Positions 18,173-27,221 are shown, counted from the stretch's first letter. The stretch is DNA of 37,460 nucleotides from an uncultured bacterium (GCA_913041175.1 CAJWGW010000002.1:1-37460); one strand, 5' to 3'. Notes: a model not told the origin generated them from the sequence alone. A program made the numbers and translations.

Positions 18173-20242
18173 TTAAACGTCTAGATTAGCTAATTTCGCA
18201 TTTGACTGGATAAAAGACTTTCTAGATGTTACATCAGTACCCATAAGTGTGTCAAATACTTTATCAGCTTCTCTGGCATCCTCTATTGTCACCTGCTTCA
18301 GAACTCTTTTTTCAGGATCCATAGTTGTCTCCCAAAGTTCTTCTGGATTCATCTCTCCAAGACCTTTGTATCGTTGGATTGAAATTTTTGGTGTCTTTTT
18401 AGTTTCTGTTGTCTCTTCTTTTTCTTCAGTATCCTCAACTTGCTCGCTTTCTTCCTCTACTTCTTCTATCTTTTCCGCGTCTTTCCCAAGTATTTTTATT
18501 TTTTCATTTTCTGTGTATGCATAAATTATTTCTTTTCCTTTTTTTATTTTATAAAGTGGCGGTTGCGCAATATAAAGATACCCTGTTTCAATAATTGGTT
18601 TGAAGTGTCTATAGAAAAGTGTCAAAAGAAGTGTCCTTATGTGTGCACCATCAACATCGGCATCGGTTGCGATAATTATCTTGTGATAACGAATCTTTGA
18701 AATATCAAACACATCCCCAATTGCAGTTCCCATTGCTACAATAAGCGCTTTGATTTCTGCAGATGCAAGCATTTTATCAAGTCGCGCCCGTTCTACATTA
18801 AGGATTTTACCGCGAAGCGGAAGTATCGCCTGTGTCCGTCTGTCTCTTCCCTGTTTGCTGGAACCGCCAGCGGAATCCCCCTCTACGATAAATATTTCTG
18901 ATTCTTCCGCATTCCTACTCTGACAATCAGCAAGCTTGCCAGGAAGCGTCATCCCTTCAAGCGCACCTTTGCGAAGGACGCTGTCTTTTGCAGCTTTTGC
19001 GGCTTTTCTTGCTTTAAGAGCGAGAGTAACCTTCCCTATCATAGATTTGGCGTCATCTGGATGCTCCTCCAAAAAGGCGCCAAAACTCTCTGCAAATACA
19101 GCATCCACTGCCCCACGCGCCTCCACACTTCCAAGTTTACCTTTTGTCTGCCCTTCAAACTGAATCTCCTGCATCTTTATAGAAACAACTGCTGTAATCC
19201 CTTCTAGCACATCATCTCCTGTAAAATTATCCTCTGCGCCTTTTATGAGATTATTTTTACGAGCGTAATTATTTATAGTTCTAGTTAAGGCAGTTTTGAA
19301 ACCAGTTATATGCATTCCTCCTTCTGCATTATAAGTATTGTTTGCAAAAGCAGATATTCGCGCTGATATGTCATCAACATATTGAAGAGAGATTTCTACA
19401 TCAACACCATCTTCCTCCTTTTCTACATAAAAAATATTCTTATGAATCGGTTTCTGATGCTGATTATAAAATTTAACAAGCGAAAGTAGTCCACCTTCAA
19501 AATAAAATGACATTGTTGGAACATCAAGCGCAAGTTCCTTGAGATAAAATTTACTTTCATCAATTTTCTCTTCTGTCTCTCTTGCATCAATAATTGTGAT
19601 TCGCATCCCCTTTACCAAGTATGCCTGCTGACGAAGATGCGCAGTGATTTTACCCCAATCATATTTGATTTCTTTGAAAACACTAGGGTCTGCTTCAAAA
19701 GTTATGATGGTTCCTGTTTGTTTTGATGTCCCCGCCTTTTTAACACCTGCTTTCTTTTTACCTTGTTTGTATTCCTGCACATATGCACCTTCGTCACGAT
19801 GAACTTCAGCTTTTGCATAAATTGAAAGCGCATTGACAACAGACACACCAACTCCGTGAAGACCACCAGAAACTTTGTACCCCTCACCTCCGAATTTACC
19901 TCCGGCATGAAGTGTCGTCATAATTGTTTCAAGCGCAGATACCTTTGTCTGCTTGTGCTTGTCTACTGGAATACCACGTCCGTTATCTACGACTCTTACT
20001 CTGTTATTTGGCAAAAGGGCAACTTCTACATTATCTGCAAATCCACCCATCGCTTCATCACGAGCATTGTCAAAAACCTCCCATATGAGATGGTGAAGTC
20101 CTTCAACACCAGTAGTGCCGATATACATCCCAGGACGCTTTCTGACGGGTTCTAGGCCCTCTAGAACGGTAATATCCTCGGCATTGTAGTGATGTCCCTT
20201 TGAAGACTGTTTAACTTCTTTTTTAGCCTCTTTTTTAGCCAT
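18173..20242 (-). CDS. gyrB: DNA gyrase subunit B
   Basis: VRKRPGMYIG, HAGGKF, GGLHGVG, EGDSAGG, PLRGKILN, TDADVDG and RYKGLGEM motifs. Start at MAKKEAK (20242). Confidence 0.96.
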   Translation of the reverse strand: MAKKEAKKEVKQSSKGHHYNAEDITVLEGLEPVRKRPGMYIGTTGVEGLHHLIWEVFDNARDEAMGGFADNVEVALLPNNRVRVVDNGRGIPVDKHKQTKVSALETIMTTLHAGGKFGGEGYKVSGGLHGVGVSVVNALSIYAKAEVHRDEGAYVQEYKQGKKKAGVKKAGTSKQTGTIITFEADPSVFKEIKYDWGKITAHLRQQAYLVKGMRITIIDARETEEKIDESKFYLKELALDVPTMSFYFEGGLLSLVKFYNQHQKPIHKNIFYVEKEEDGVDVEISLQYVDDISARISAFANNTYNAEGGMHITGFKTALTRTINNYARKNNLIKGAEDNFTGDDVLEGITAVVSIKMQEIQFEGQTKGKLGSVEARGAVDAVFAESFGAFLEEHPDDAKSMIGKVTLALKARKAAKAAKDSVLRKGALEGMTLPGKLADCQSRNAEESEIFIVEGDSAGGSSKQGRDRRTQAILPLRGKILNVERARLDKMLASAEIKALIVAMGTAIGDVFDISKIRYHKIIIATDADVDGAHIRTLLLTLFYRHFKPIIETGYLYIAQPPLYKIKKGKEIIYAYTENEKIKILGKDAEKIEEVEEESEQVEDTEEKEETTETKKTPKISIQRYKGLGEMNPEELWETTMDPEKRVLKQVTIEDAREADKVFDTLMGTDVTSRKSFIQSNAKLANLDV

Positions 20243-20276
20243 AAAATGACGAGCTTTACACCCTCCTAATACCAAA

Positions 20277-20313
20277 ATTATAGCAAAAAATCCCTTAAAA
20301 TTCAAGGGATTTT
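20277..20313 (-). promoter_or_regulatory. gyrB promoter overlapping a pheT terminator-like hairpin
   Basis: TTGAAT (20305-20300), 17-nt spacer ending in TGc, TATAAT (20282-20277). Inverted repeat AAAATCCCTT/AAGGGATTTT at 20287-20313. Confidence 0.65.
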
Positions 20314-20329
20314 CCAAATTTTGTGGATA

Positions 20330-21586
20330 TTATCTAACCTGCCAATTGCCCTCTTTTTCAAGAGTTTTTGTGACCTCGTCCATGACTTTATTTACCTCAT
20401 CATCAGAGAGTGTCATATCTAGCGACTGGAATACTAAATTAAACGCATAAGATATCCTATCGTCTTTTTCGAACTCATCAAATAGTTTTGTATTTACAAG
20501 AAGTTCTCCGGCTTCTTTTTTAATTATATTTAATACATCATCACTAGATTTTTCTTTCGGTACCCAAACTGCAATATCTCTAAGTACAAATGGATATGCA
20601 GATATTGAACTGAACATTACATTTTTTGCTTTTTCTAATTGCTCATATGAACTTGGTGGTTCAGGAAGTTTCTCTAAAAGCTCATCAAAATTAGTTTCAA
20701 AAATGTTTAGGTCTTTTTTACCTTCAACTTTAACACTTAAAGTTTCTGATAATTTATTTACAACTTCTTCTACTTTTCCTAAACCACCTGAATGCACTAT
20801 TCCTAAAGATGTATGCTCTTCATCTTTAGTAAATACATTTCCTATTTCAAATATCTTTATTTTGTCTCCTTCTAATAACGGCAGATTTTTAATATTTCGC
20901 TGTTCTGCAGAATTCAAACCATAAAAAAGATCCTTCCTTAAAAAGTTCTTATCAGCTGCAAATGGTTTTATCATCTCCACTTCCCCACTATTTCTAAAAG
21001 TATATGTGTAGATTTCAGAAAATCCCTCTTCTATCAAAAAATTCTTGATTTTGTTTGTATAATAAAATTTCTTATTTATCTTTGGCGTTGTATCTCCCTT
21101 ATCTGGCAAAACTGCTTCAATATCTTCATATCCATAGATTCTTCCAACTTCCTCTACTATGTCTGCTTTTACTTTTAGGTCCGTACGGTTGGATGGAACT
21201 GCTACATTAAATTCCTCTTCCTTTACTTCATACTCAAATCCCAACCGCTTAAATATACTTTCAATCTCTTTTGCAGGTATTTGAGAGCCCAAAAGCTTAT
21301 TTATTTCTTCTGCTGAAACACTTATCTTCAAAGTACTTTCTTTCTTTGGAAGCTCTTTCTTAAGCGGGATATCTAAGATCGCAGAAATCTCATTTGCAAC
21401 ACCATTCTCATCTGATGAATCTCCTTGACGATTAGGAAGCACATCGATATCAAAGATACTATCTCCATCTTTTTCTTCAACATTCTCAACTTCATATGAG
21501 TGAAAAGTCAAAAGTTCGACAATTTTACTCGGCTCCGGTAACTTATCACTAAAATATTTTTGTAGTTTTTTGTAGCTTACTTCCAT
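20330..21586 (-). CDS. pheT: Phenylalanine--tRNA ligase beta subunit, reduced (418 aa)
   Basis: B1 (DIDVLPNR), B5 (VPSNRTDL...DIVEEVGRIYGY), catalytic-like (IFEIGNVF) and FDX-ACB (YPFVLRDIAV) regions. Confidence 0.93.
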   Translation of the reverse strand: MEVSYKKLQKYFSDKLPEPSKIVELLTFHSYEVENVEEKDGDSIFDIDVLPNRQGDSSDENGVANEISAILDIPLKKELPKKESTLKISVSAEEINKLLGSQIPAKEIESIFKRLGFEYEVKEEEFNVAVPSNRTDLKVKADIVEEVGRIYGYEDIEAVLPDKGDTTPKINKKFYYTNKIKNFLIEEGFSEIYTYTFRNSGEVEMIKPFAADKNFLRKDLFYGLNSAEQRNIKNLPLLEGDKIKIFEIGNVFTKDEEHTSLGIVHSGGLGKVEEVVNKLSETLSVKVEGKKDLNIFETNFDELLEKLPEPPSSYEQLEKAKNVMFSSISAYPFVLRDIAVWVPKEKSSDDVLNIIKKEAGELLVNTKLFDEFEKDDRISYAFNLVFQSLDMTLSDDEVNKVMDEVTKTLEKEGNWQVR

Positions 21587-21588
21587 AT

Positions 21589-22320
21589 TTAAAACTGATT
21601 TACAAATCTTAAATCCCCCTGATAAAGCAATCTTACATCGTCAATCCCATACTTAAGCATTCCAAGACGATCGATGCCAACGCCGAACGCAAACCCCTGA
21701 TATTTTTTTGAATCAATCCCAACTCCGTCCAAAACATTTGGATGAACCATACCCGCCCCAAGCACTTCTATCCAGCCTGTGTTCTTGCAGATTGAACATC
21801 CTTTACCTTCGCATTTGAAACACGACATATCCACTTCAATACCTGGTTCAACAAATGGAAAATAGCTTGGTCTAAATCGTATATCTATATCTTTATTAAA
21901 AAATTTCTCAAGAAAAATTTTTATAACCCCTTTTAGAGTTCCAAGTGTGGTGGTCTCGTCAACCATAAATGCTTCCACCTGATAAAACTGCGCCTCGTGC
22001 GTTGAATCAGTAGCTTCATTACGAAAAACCTTACCCGGAGCAATAATCCTTAAAGGTGGTTTATTGTTCTGCATATAGCGAATCTGTACATTGGAGGTAT
22101 GAGTACGCATTACAGTACTCTTTTTATCTTTTACCCAAAAAGTATCTTGCATACCTCTTGCTGGGTGGTTTTCAGGTATATTTAAAGCATCAAAGTTATA
22201 GTGTTCAGACTCCATTTCAGGGCCATCGGCAATCTCAAAACCCATATCAAAGAAAATAGAGTTTATCTCATTTATCATCTGTGTCATCGGATGTAGATGT
22301 CCTTTTATCTGTTTGTTCAT
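21589..22320 (-). CDS. pheS: Phenylalanine--tRNA ligase alpha subunit, no N-terminal arm
   Basis: GHLHP, NFDALNIP..HPAR, RTHTS, FRPSYFPFVEP and GFAFGVGIDR motifs. Confidence 0.96.
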   Translation of the reverse strand: MNKQIKGHLHPMTQMINEINSIFFDMGFEIADGPEMESEHYNFDALNIPENHPARGMQDTFWVKDKKSTVMRTHTSNVQIRYMQNNKPPLRIIAPGKVFRNEATDSTHEAQFYQVEAFMVDETTTLGTLKGVIKIFLEKFFNKDIDIRFRPSYFPFVEPGIEVDMSCFKCEGKGCSICKNTGWIEVLGAGMVHPNVLDGVGIDSKKYQGFAFGVGIDRLGMLKYGIDDVRLLYQGDLRFVNQF

Positions 22321-22347
22321 TTATATTATATTAGCTTAAAAATACAC

Positions 22348-22377
22348 AAAAAAACAGGGGCTAAGCAGACCCCTGTT
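22348..22377 (-). terminator. Intrinsic terminator of the 22361-22561 gene
   Basis: AACAGGGG/CCCCTGTT stem plus T-run. The stop codon lies in the loop. Confidence 0.75.
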
Positions 22378-22561
22378 CTACACATTCTGTACATACTTTT
22401 TTTTCAAAAGAATAATCTCCCATCTTTTCACTACCAGGTACACCTTTCAAAAATGGCTCAATATACTTTTGAATAAAATCTTTCCCGACCTCTCTCCAAT
22501 TCATCCATCTAGCTGGTATAATTCGTTTGCGGCATTCAGGACATACTTTTATTGATTCCAA
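22361..22561 (-). CDS. Small orphan protein with two CxxC motifs (putative zinc-binding)
   Basis: CPEC...CTEC. TTG start preceded by AGAAAGGAGA. TTGACA lies upstream at 22643-22648. Confidence 0.65.
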   Translation of the reverse strand: MESIKVCPECRKRIIPARWMNWREVGKDFIQKYIEPFLKGVPGSEKMGDYSFEKKVCTECVEQGSA

Positions 22562-22648
22562 AACAAACTCTCCTTTCTCTAATTTGTGAAACGAAACTTT
22601 TTATAATTAAACTCTCTAATTAATATCAAATTCATTGGCTACTGTCAA

Positions 22649-24904
22649 TTATTTAGCTATCTGAAGTGCCTCTTCAAACTTCACAGAAAGGAGTTTGGAG
22701 ATGCCATCTGCCCCCATTGTGACACCATAGAGTATGCCAGCTCTACCCATAGTCTCGCGATTGTGCGTTATTAATATAAGTTGTGAGTATTTAGAGAGAG
22801 TCTCTATCATATCACCATAGCGTTTTGAGTTCGCCTCATCAAGCGCAGCATCTGTCTCGTCAAGCACCAAAAACGGCGGGGGGTTCACCTGCGACATTGC
22901 AAACAAAAGTGCGATGGATGTCAAAGCTCGCTCCCCTCCAGAGAGCATCACGAGTCCTTTGATTCTTTTGTGAGGCAAGCTCACAGAGATATCAATTCCC
23001 TCTTCTCCTTCCTCCTCTCCCATATCAAGCTCTCCTTCTATAACAGTAAGATCTGTATCTAGCTTCTTTCTCTTTTTTTCTTTTATTACAGAGAGAGATG
23101 CGTCTCCACCGCCAAACATAAGTGAGAAGAAGTTTTGGAATTCTCTATTTATTTTCTCTATCCCACTTTTAAACTGCGTGCTTAGTTTTTCTTCTAAATC
23201 CTTTATCAAATCTTTGAGAGACTCCGCAGATTTTTCCAAGTCCGCAATCTCACACCCCAAGAATTCGTCCCGTTCTGCCGCTTCTTTATATTCTTTCATT
23301 GTTTCCTCACCAGAGCCACCACCAAATTCTTCAAGTCGTATTTTAATTTTCTCAATCTTTCGTCTTCGCTCTTCCTGTATACTTCTTTCTTCGTTTGCAA
23401 TTTCTTCAGTGTCTACACCTAAGTCATGGTTTTCATAATCAAGGACCGCTCTCCCTACAAGTATGGCGACTTCTTGAAGCTCTCTTTCAAAATCCTCTTT
23501 CGCATGGGAAATCGCACTCTCTGTACTCTCAATCTTCCCTAAGACCCCCCTCAATTCACTCTGGCGTGACATTATTGCGAAAACCTCTCTCTCCGCATCT
23601 CTGCTGTCATCTTTGTCTTTCTCTATCTCCTTTTTTAAAGCAGAATATTTTTTGTTATATGAAGATTCGTTTTGGGATATATCTGATAATTTCTCGTCCA
23701 GTTCACTTTTTTTGCTTTTCAAGTTTTTAAGTTCGTTTTCATCTACTCGAGTGTCCTTTTCTCTTGAAAATGTTGTTGAAATAAAATCTTTTATTATAGA
23801 ACCAACTCTCTCAAGTGTACTCTTCACTTCACTTAAATCATCCTGTTCTTTCGCTTCATCAATCTGGTTATATACTTTCTGCGCAATTTCATTTAGTTCA
23901 TTGAAATTTACTGTACGATTTTCAAGTTCTTTTTGTTCTCTTTTCTCTTTCTCAATTCTTCTTTCCTCATATGCAATCTGCCCTTCAATACGCCCTAAAT
24001 CACGCATAACTGCATCTTTTTCAGAGCGAATACTGGTCAAGCCTTTCTCAATTTCAATCAATTCTTCACTTTTCTCATCGCTTTTTTCGGATTTTAATAG
24101 AATCTCTTTTGCTTTCTGGAGTTTATTTTCAAGAATATTAAGTTCTTCTTGGGGAGTATGTCTTTCTTTTTTTATTTTGTTTTCATTATACGAAATATAC
24201 TCTGACTCTCTTTTTAGATACTCAAGTGAAAGCTCTTTGAGTTCGTCTCGCATTGCGATTGATTTTTCAATCTTATCAACTTGTTTTTTCAGAAACTTAA
24301 TATGCGGCGCAATCTCTTTTCGTAAGGACTCAACTTGCGCAATATTCTCTTCTGTCTTTTCAAGCTTTCGCGCACTTTCTTGTTTTTTATATTGAAATAC
24401 TTTAAGTCCTAACGCATCTTCTATCATCTCTTTTCTCTCTTTTATGTTTGCATTTAGAATCCTGTCCGCCTCGCCTTGTGAAATGATGTGATGCCCTGAT
24501 GAGCCGATGTTTGCACTTGCCAGAAGTTCTGCAATGTCGCGAAGACGGACTTGTGAGCTGTTTATAAAATACTGGTTAATGCCGTCGCGATGAACGGAGC
24601 GTTCAACTACAACTTCATCAAAATCAATATCTAAAAACTTTTTAGAGTTATCAAAAACAACCTTAACAGATGCCCTGTTTGATCTCGGTATTGCCTTTGA
24701 GCCGTTAAATATAAGATCTTCTCCGCGCTTGCCGCGAAGAGATTTGATTGACTGTTCGCCAAGCGCAAAACTAAAAGCCTCGGCAACATTTGATTTACCC
24801 GAGCCGTTTGGCCCTACAATGCCTGAGATATCTGATGTAAAATCAAAGATACTTTTTTTAGCAAATGATTTGAAACCAGAAAGTTCTAAGGATTTGAGAT
24901 ACAT
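22649..24904 (-). CDS. smc: SMC-family chromosome segregation ATPase, short form (751 aa)
   Basis: GFKSFA, Walker A GPNGSGKSN, Q-loop IISQG, signature LSGGE, Walker B LDETDAALD and ITHN. Coiled-coil middle. Confidence 0.92.
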   Translation of the reverse strand: MYLKSLELSGFKSFAKKSIFDFTSDISGIVGPNGSGKSNVAEAFSFALGEQSIKSLRGKRGEDLIFNGSKAIPRSNRASVKVVFDNSKKFLDIDFDEVVVERSVHRDGINQYFINSSQVRLRDIAELLASANIGSSGHHIISQGEADRILNANIKERKEMIEDALGLKVFQYKKQESARKLEKTEENIAQVESLRKEIAPHIKFLKKQVDKIEKSIAMRDELKELSLEYLKRESEYISYNENKIKKERHTPQEELNILENKLQKAKEILLKSEKSDEKSEELIEIEKGLTSIRSEKDAVMRDLGRIEGQIAYEERRIEKEKREQKELENRTVNFNELNEIAQKVYNQIDEAKEQDDLSEVKSTLERVGSIIKDFISTTFSREKDTRVDENELKNLKSKKSELDEKLSDISQNESSYNKKYSALKKEIEKDKDDSRDAEREVFAIMSRQSELRGVLGKIESTESAISHAKEDFERELQEVAILVGRAVLDYENHDLGVDTEEIANEERSIQEERRRKIEKIKIRLEEFGGGSGEETMKEYKEAAERDEFLGCEIADLEKSAESLKDLIKDLEEKLSTQFKSGIEKINREFQNFFSLMFGGGDASLSVIKEKKRKKLDTDLTVIEGELDMGEEEGEEGIDISVSLPHKRIKGLVMLSGGERALTSIALLFAMSQVNPPPFLVLDETDAALDEANSKRYGDMIETLSKYSQLILITHNRETMGRAGILYGVTMGADGISKLLSVKFEEALQIAK

Positions 24905-24969
24905 TTAGTTATTATACAATTTTATAAAAATAAAAAAACCGTCATGGATTCTTGTATATTACAGGAGTA

Positions 24970-24994
24970 TTGACATATATAATTATATATGTCA
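24970..24994 (+). promoter_or_regulatory. 24-bp perfect palindrome overlapping a TTGACA box (candidate operator)
   Basis: TGACATATATAATTATATATGTCA (24971-24994), between the divergent smc and Nudix genes. Confidence 0.55.
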
Positions 24995-25069
24995 GACTAC
25001 AGATATAATTGTATTATTGAAAATTGAATAGAAAATATTCTAATTTTTTAAGAGAAAGGTAGGTATATT

Positions 25070-25519
25070 TTGAACAATGCAGAAACTCTAACAAATATAG
25101 GAAGAGATTATGCGGTATTTGGAATAATTTCAGATTATCAAGATGGTAAAATCCCCCTTATTCAAGAAAAAGAAGAGTCCGAGAAAAAACTTTGGAAGTT
25201 GCCTGGTGGAAGACCAAAAGCAATGGACAATCATTCTCCGGAGAGAACAGTTATGAGAGAAATTTCCGATGAAGTAGATGTAATTATTTATGAACCAACT
25301 GAGAAAGATGTATTATTTATAAAACATCTCGACAGTCATGATTTTGTTGTATTTAAAGCAGATTATTATAGTGGTGCATTAAAACCAAAAAAAGAAATTG
25401 AGAGGGTTGAAACCTTTTCTCCTGATGAAATAAAAAAGATGATTGCAAAACGAGATATTGTTCAAAATCATGCAGAAGGGTTGACGGAATACTTTGTCGA
25501 CTTTGGCGACAAGCCATAA
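25070..25519 (+). CDS. Nudix-fold protein with divergent Nudix box
   Basis: WKLPGG...PERTVMREISDEVD. TTG start after AGAAAGGTAGGT. Confidence 0.8.
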   Translation: MNNAETLTNIGRDYAVFGIISDYQDGKIPLIQEKEESEKKLWKLPGGRPKAMDNHSPERTVMREISDEVDVIIYEPTEKDVLFIKHLDSHDFVVFKADYYSGALKPKKEIERVETFSPDEIKKMIAKRDIVQNHAEGLTEYFVDFGDKP

Positions 25520-25533
25520 CGAGCCTATTGACG

Positions 25534-25562
25534 GGAGGAACTGAATCAGTTCCTCCTTTTTT
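25534..25562 (+). terminator. Intrinsic terminator
   Basis: GGAGGAACTG-AAT-CAGTTCCTCC followed by T6. Confidence 0.85.
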
Positions 25563-25607
25563 ATTATATTGGCTCAATCCATTTTAATACCTCGCGCCAA
25601 ATGGTTT

Positions 25608-26297
25608 TTAACTCCAATTTCTTGCTTCAAGTGCTTTTTGTGCCGCTTCCTGCTCTGCTTCCTGCTTTGATTTACCTTCACCTTTCGCAATCTCCATATC
25701 ACTAAGATATACTCCGACGATGAAATTCTTCTCATGGTCAGGACCTATTTCCTGAACAGTTTTATATTGAGGTGTAGTATTCTCCTTCTCTTGCGCAATC
25801 TCCTGAAGACGACTCTTAGCATCCTGCCAAAGACCCTTCTCTACTATCTCATCTGTTAGAGGAAAAAGATTTTGGGCAATGAAATCTTTGGCCTGTTCAT
25901 ATCCTTGATCAAGATAAAGCGCACCAACAAATGACTCAAAAGTGTTAGCTAAGATGTACTGCCTTGCTCGTCCTGTATCTTTCGCCTCCCCTTTTGAGAG
26001 AAGAAGGTAGTCATTCATAGAAAGCTCTGTCGCAACGGCAGATAAGGTGGAGGTGTTCACAAGCGCGGCTCTGTATGAAGTTAAGTCTCCTTCCGGTTTT
26101 TTAGGATATTTGCTGTAGAGATACTCCGTAACTACAAGTTCAAGCACTGCATCTCCCAAGAACTCAAGCCGTTCGTTGTGGTCCATTTTAAGTCCCTTGT
26201 TTTCGTTTAAGTATGAACGATGAAGAAACGCCTGCTTCAGCAAGTTTTTGTCTTTAAAAGTGATACCTGTTTTGTTTTCAAATTGTGGAAAATCCAT
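25608..26297 (-). CDS. rnc: Ribonuclease III
   Basis: NERLEFLGDAVL signature and dsRBD (GPDH...GKSKQEAEQ.AA). Confidence 0.97.
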   Translation of the reverse strand: MDFPQFENKTGITFKDKNLLKQAFLHRSYLNENKGLKMDHNERLEFLGDAVLELVVTEYLYSKYPKKPEGDLTSYRAALVNTSTLSAVATELSMNDYLLLSKGEAKDTGRARQYILANTFESFVGALYLDQGYEQAKDFIAQNLFPLTDEIVEKGLWQDAKSRLQEIAQEKENTTPQYKTVQEIGPDHEKNFIVGVYLSDMEIAKGEGKSKQEAEQEAAQKALEARNWS

Positions 26298-26300
26298 AAT

Positions 26301-27221
26301 TTATTTCTTTAGTAGTATATTAATCGCCTTTGTCACGATAGGAAGTATATCATCATAAAAATTTAGGTCTACAATGTCTCCAAGTTTGAACCATTTTGCG
26401 TCATCAAGCCCGCCTTTATTTTCCAGTTTCAAATCCTCAAATTTTGACTCTGCCAAAAAGTATGTAACTTGTTTTCTTATCTTACCCTCTTCTGGATCAG
26501 AAGCCACATATTCATTTTCTCCAAGTTTTTCTTTTATTTTTACACTAATTCCAAGCTCTTCTTTTATCTTCCGCATCGTCCCCTTTTCTTTATCTTCTTT
26601 TTCTTTTATCCCTCCCTTTGAGAGCGTCCAACGCCCAAACACATCGTGGACAAGTGCAAGGTATATATCTTTTTTATCTTTTGCATATATGACACATCCA
26701 CCAAGTCGTTTGATAGGCATCTTTTCATATGGAGTATCCTCAATTGGTTTCTTCGTCTTCTTTTTTGAAACCTCGTCTTTGCCGGGTTCGCCTATTTCTT
26801 TGTACACTGCTCCTAGCACTCCGTTTATAAACCTACCACTTGATTCCCCGCCAAATGTCTTTGCAAGCTCAATCGCTTCATTTATAGCAACTTTCGCAGG
26901 AACTTCTTTTCTATCGGCAAACAAAAGCTCATAAAGACCTATTCGGAGTATATTTCTGTCAACAACTGATATTTTGTCAATCGGCCATTCAGGAGCAGCT
27001 TTTTCTATAATTTTATCAATATCCTTCTGTTTTTTAATAAGATTATCTAAAAGCTCTTTTACAAATGAAAAATCTCCCATACCGGGAGCAAATTCTTTAG
27101 CGACTCTAGTGAGAGTCGCCTCAGTCTCTTTTATTTTTTTTCCTACACCAATAAGCCCGTTGAAATCTAATTCAAATAGTGTCTGAAGAACTATTGATCT
27201 TGAAAGGTGCCTATTGGACAT
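26301..27221 (-). CDS. nusB: NusB fused to a C-terminal Nudix domain
   Basis: N-terminal DRNILRIGLYEL...VAINEAIELAKTFG...FINGVL. C-terminal WTLSKG...RKIKEELG. Confidence 0.92.
   Translation of the reverse strand: MSNRHLSRSIVLQTLFELDFNGLIGVGKKIKETEATLTRVAKEFAPGMGDFSFVKELLDNLIKKQKDIDKIIEKAAPEWPIDKISVVDRNILRIGLYELLFADRKEVPAKVAINEAIELAKTFGGESSGRFINGVLGAVYKEIGEPGKDEVSKKKTKKPIEDTPYEKMPIKRLGGCVIYAKDKKDIYLALVHDVFGRWTLSKGGIKEKEDKEKGTMRKIKEELGISVKIKEKLGENEYVASDPEEGKIRKQVTYFLAESKFEDLKLENKGGLDDAKWFKLGDIVDLNFYDDILPIVTKAINILLKK

Noticed and set aside
12640..20317. Inteins in dnaE or gyrB
   Set aside because: Lengths are ordinary and no splicing or LAGLIDADG blocks are visible. The inserts are only a few residues or low-complexity.
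23613..24395. Long antisense ORFs (e.g. 23613-24395, 26374-26934, 9028-9576, 16265-16783, 33975-34487)
   Set aside because: S/F/L-rich shadows of E/K-rich genes on the opposite strand, with no motifs.
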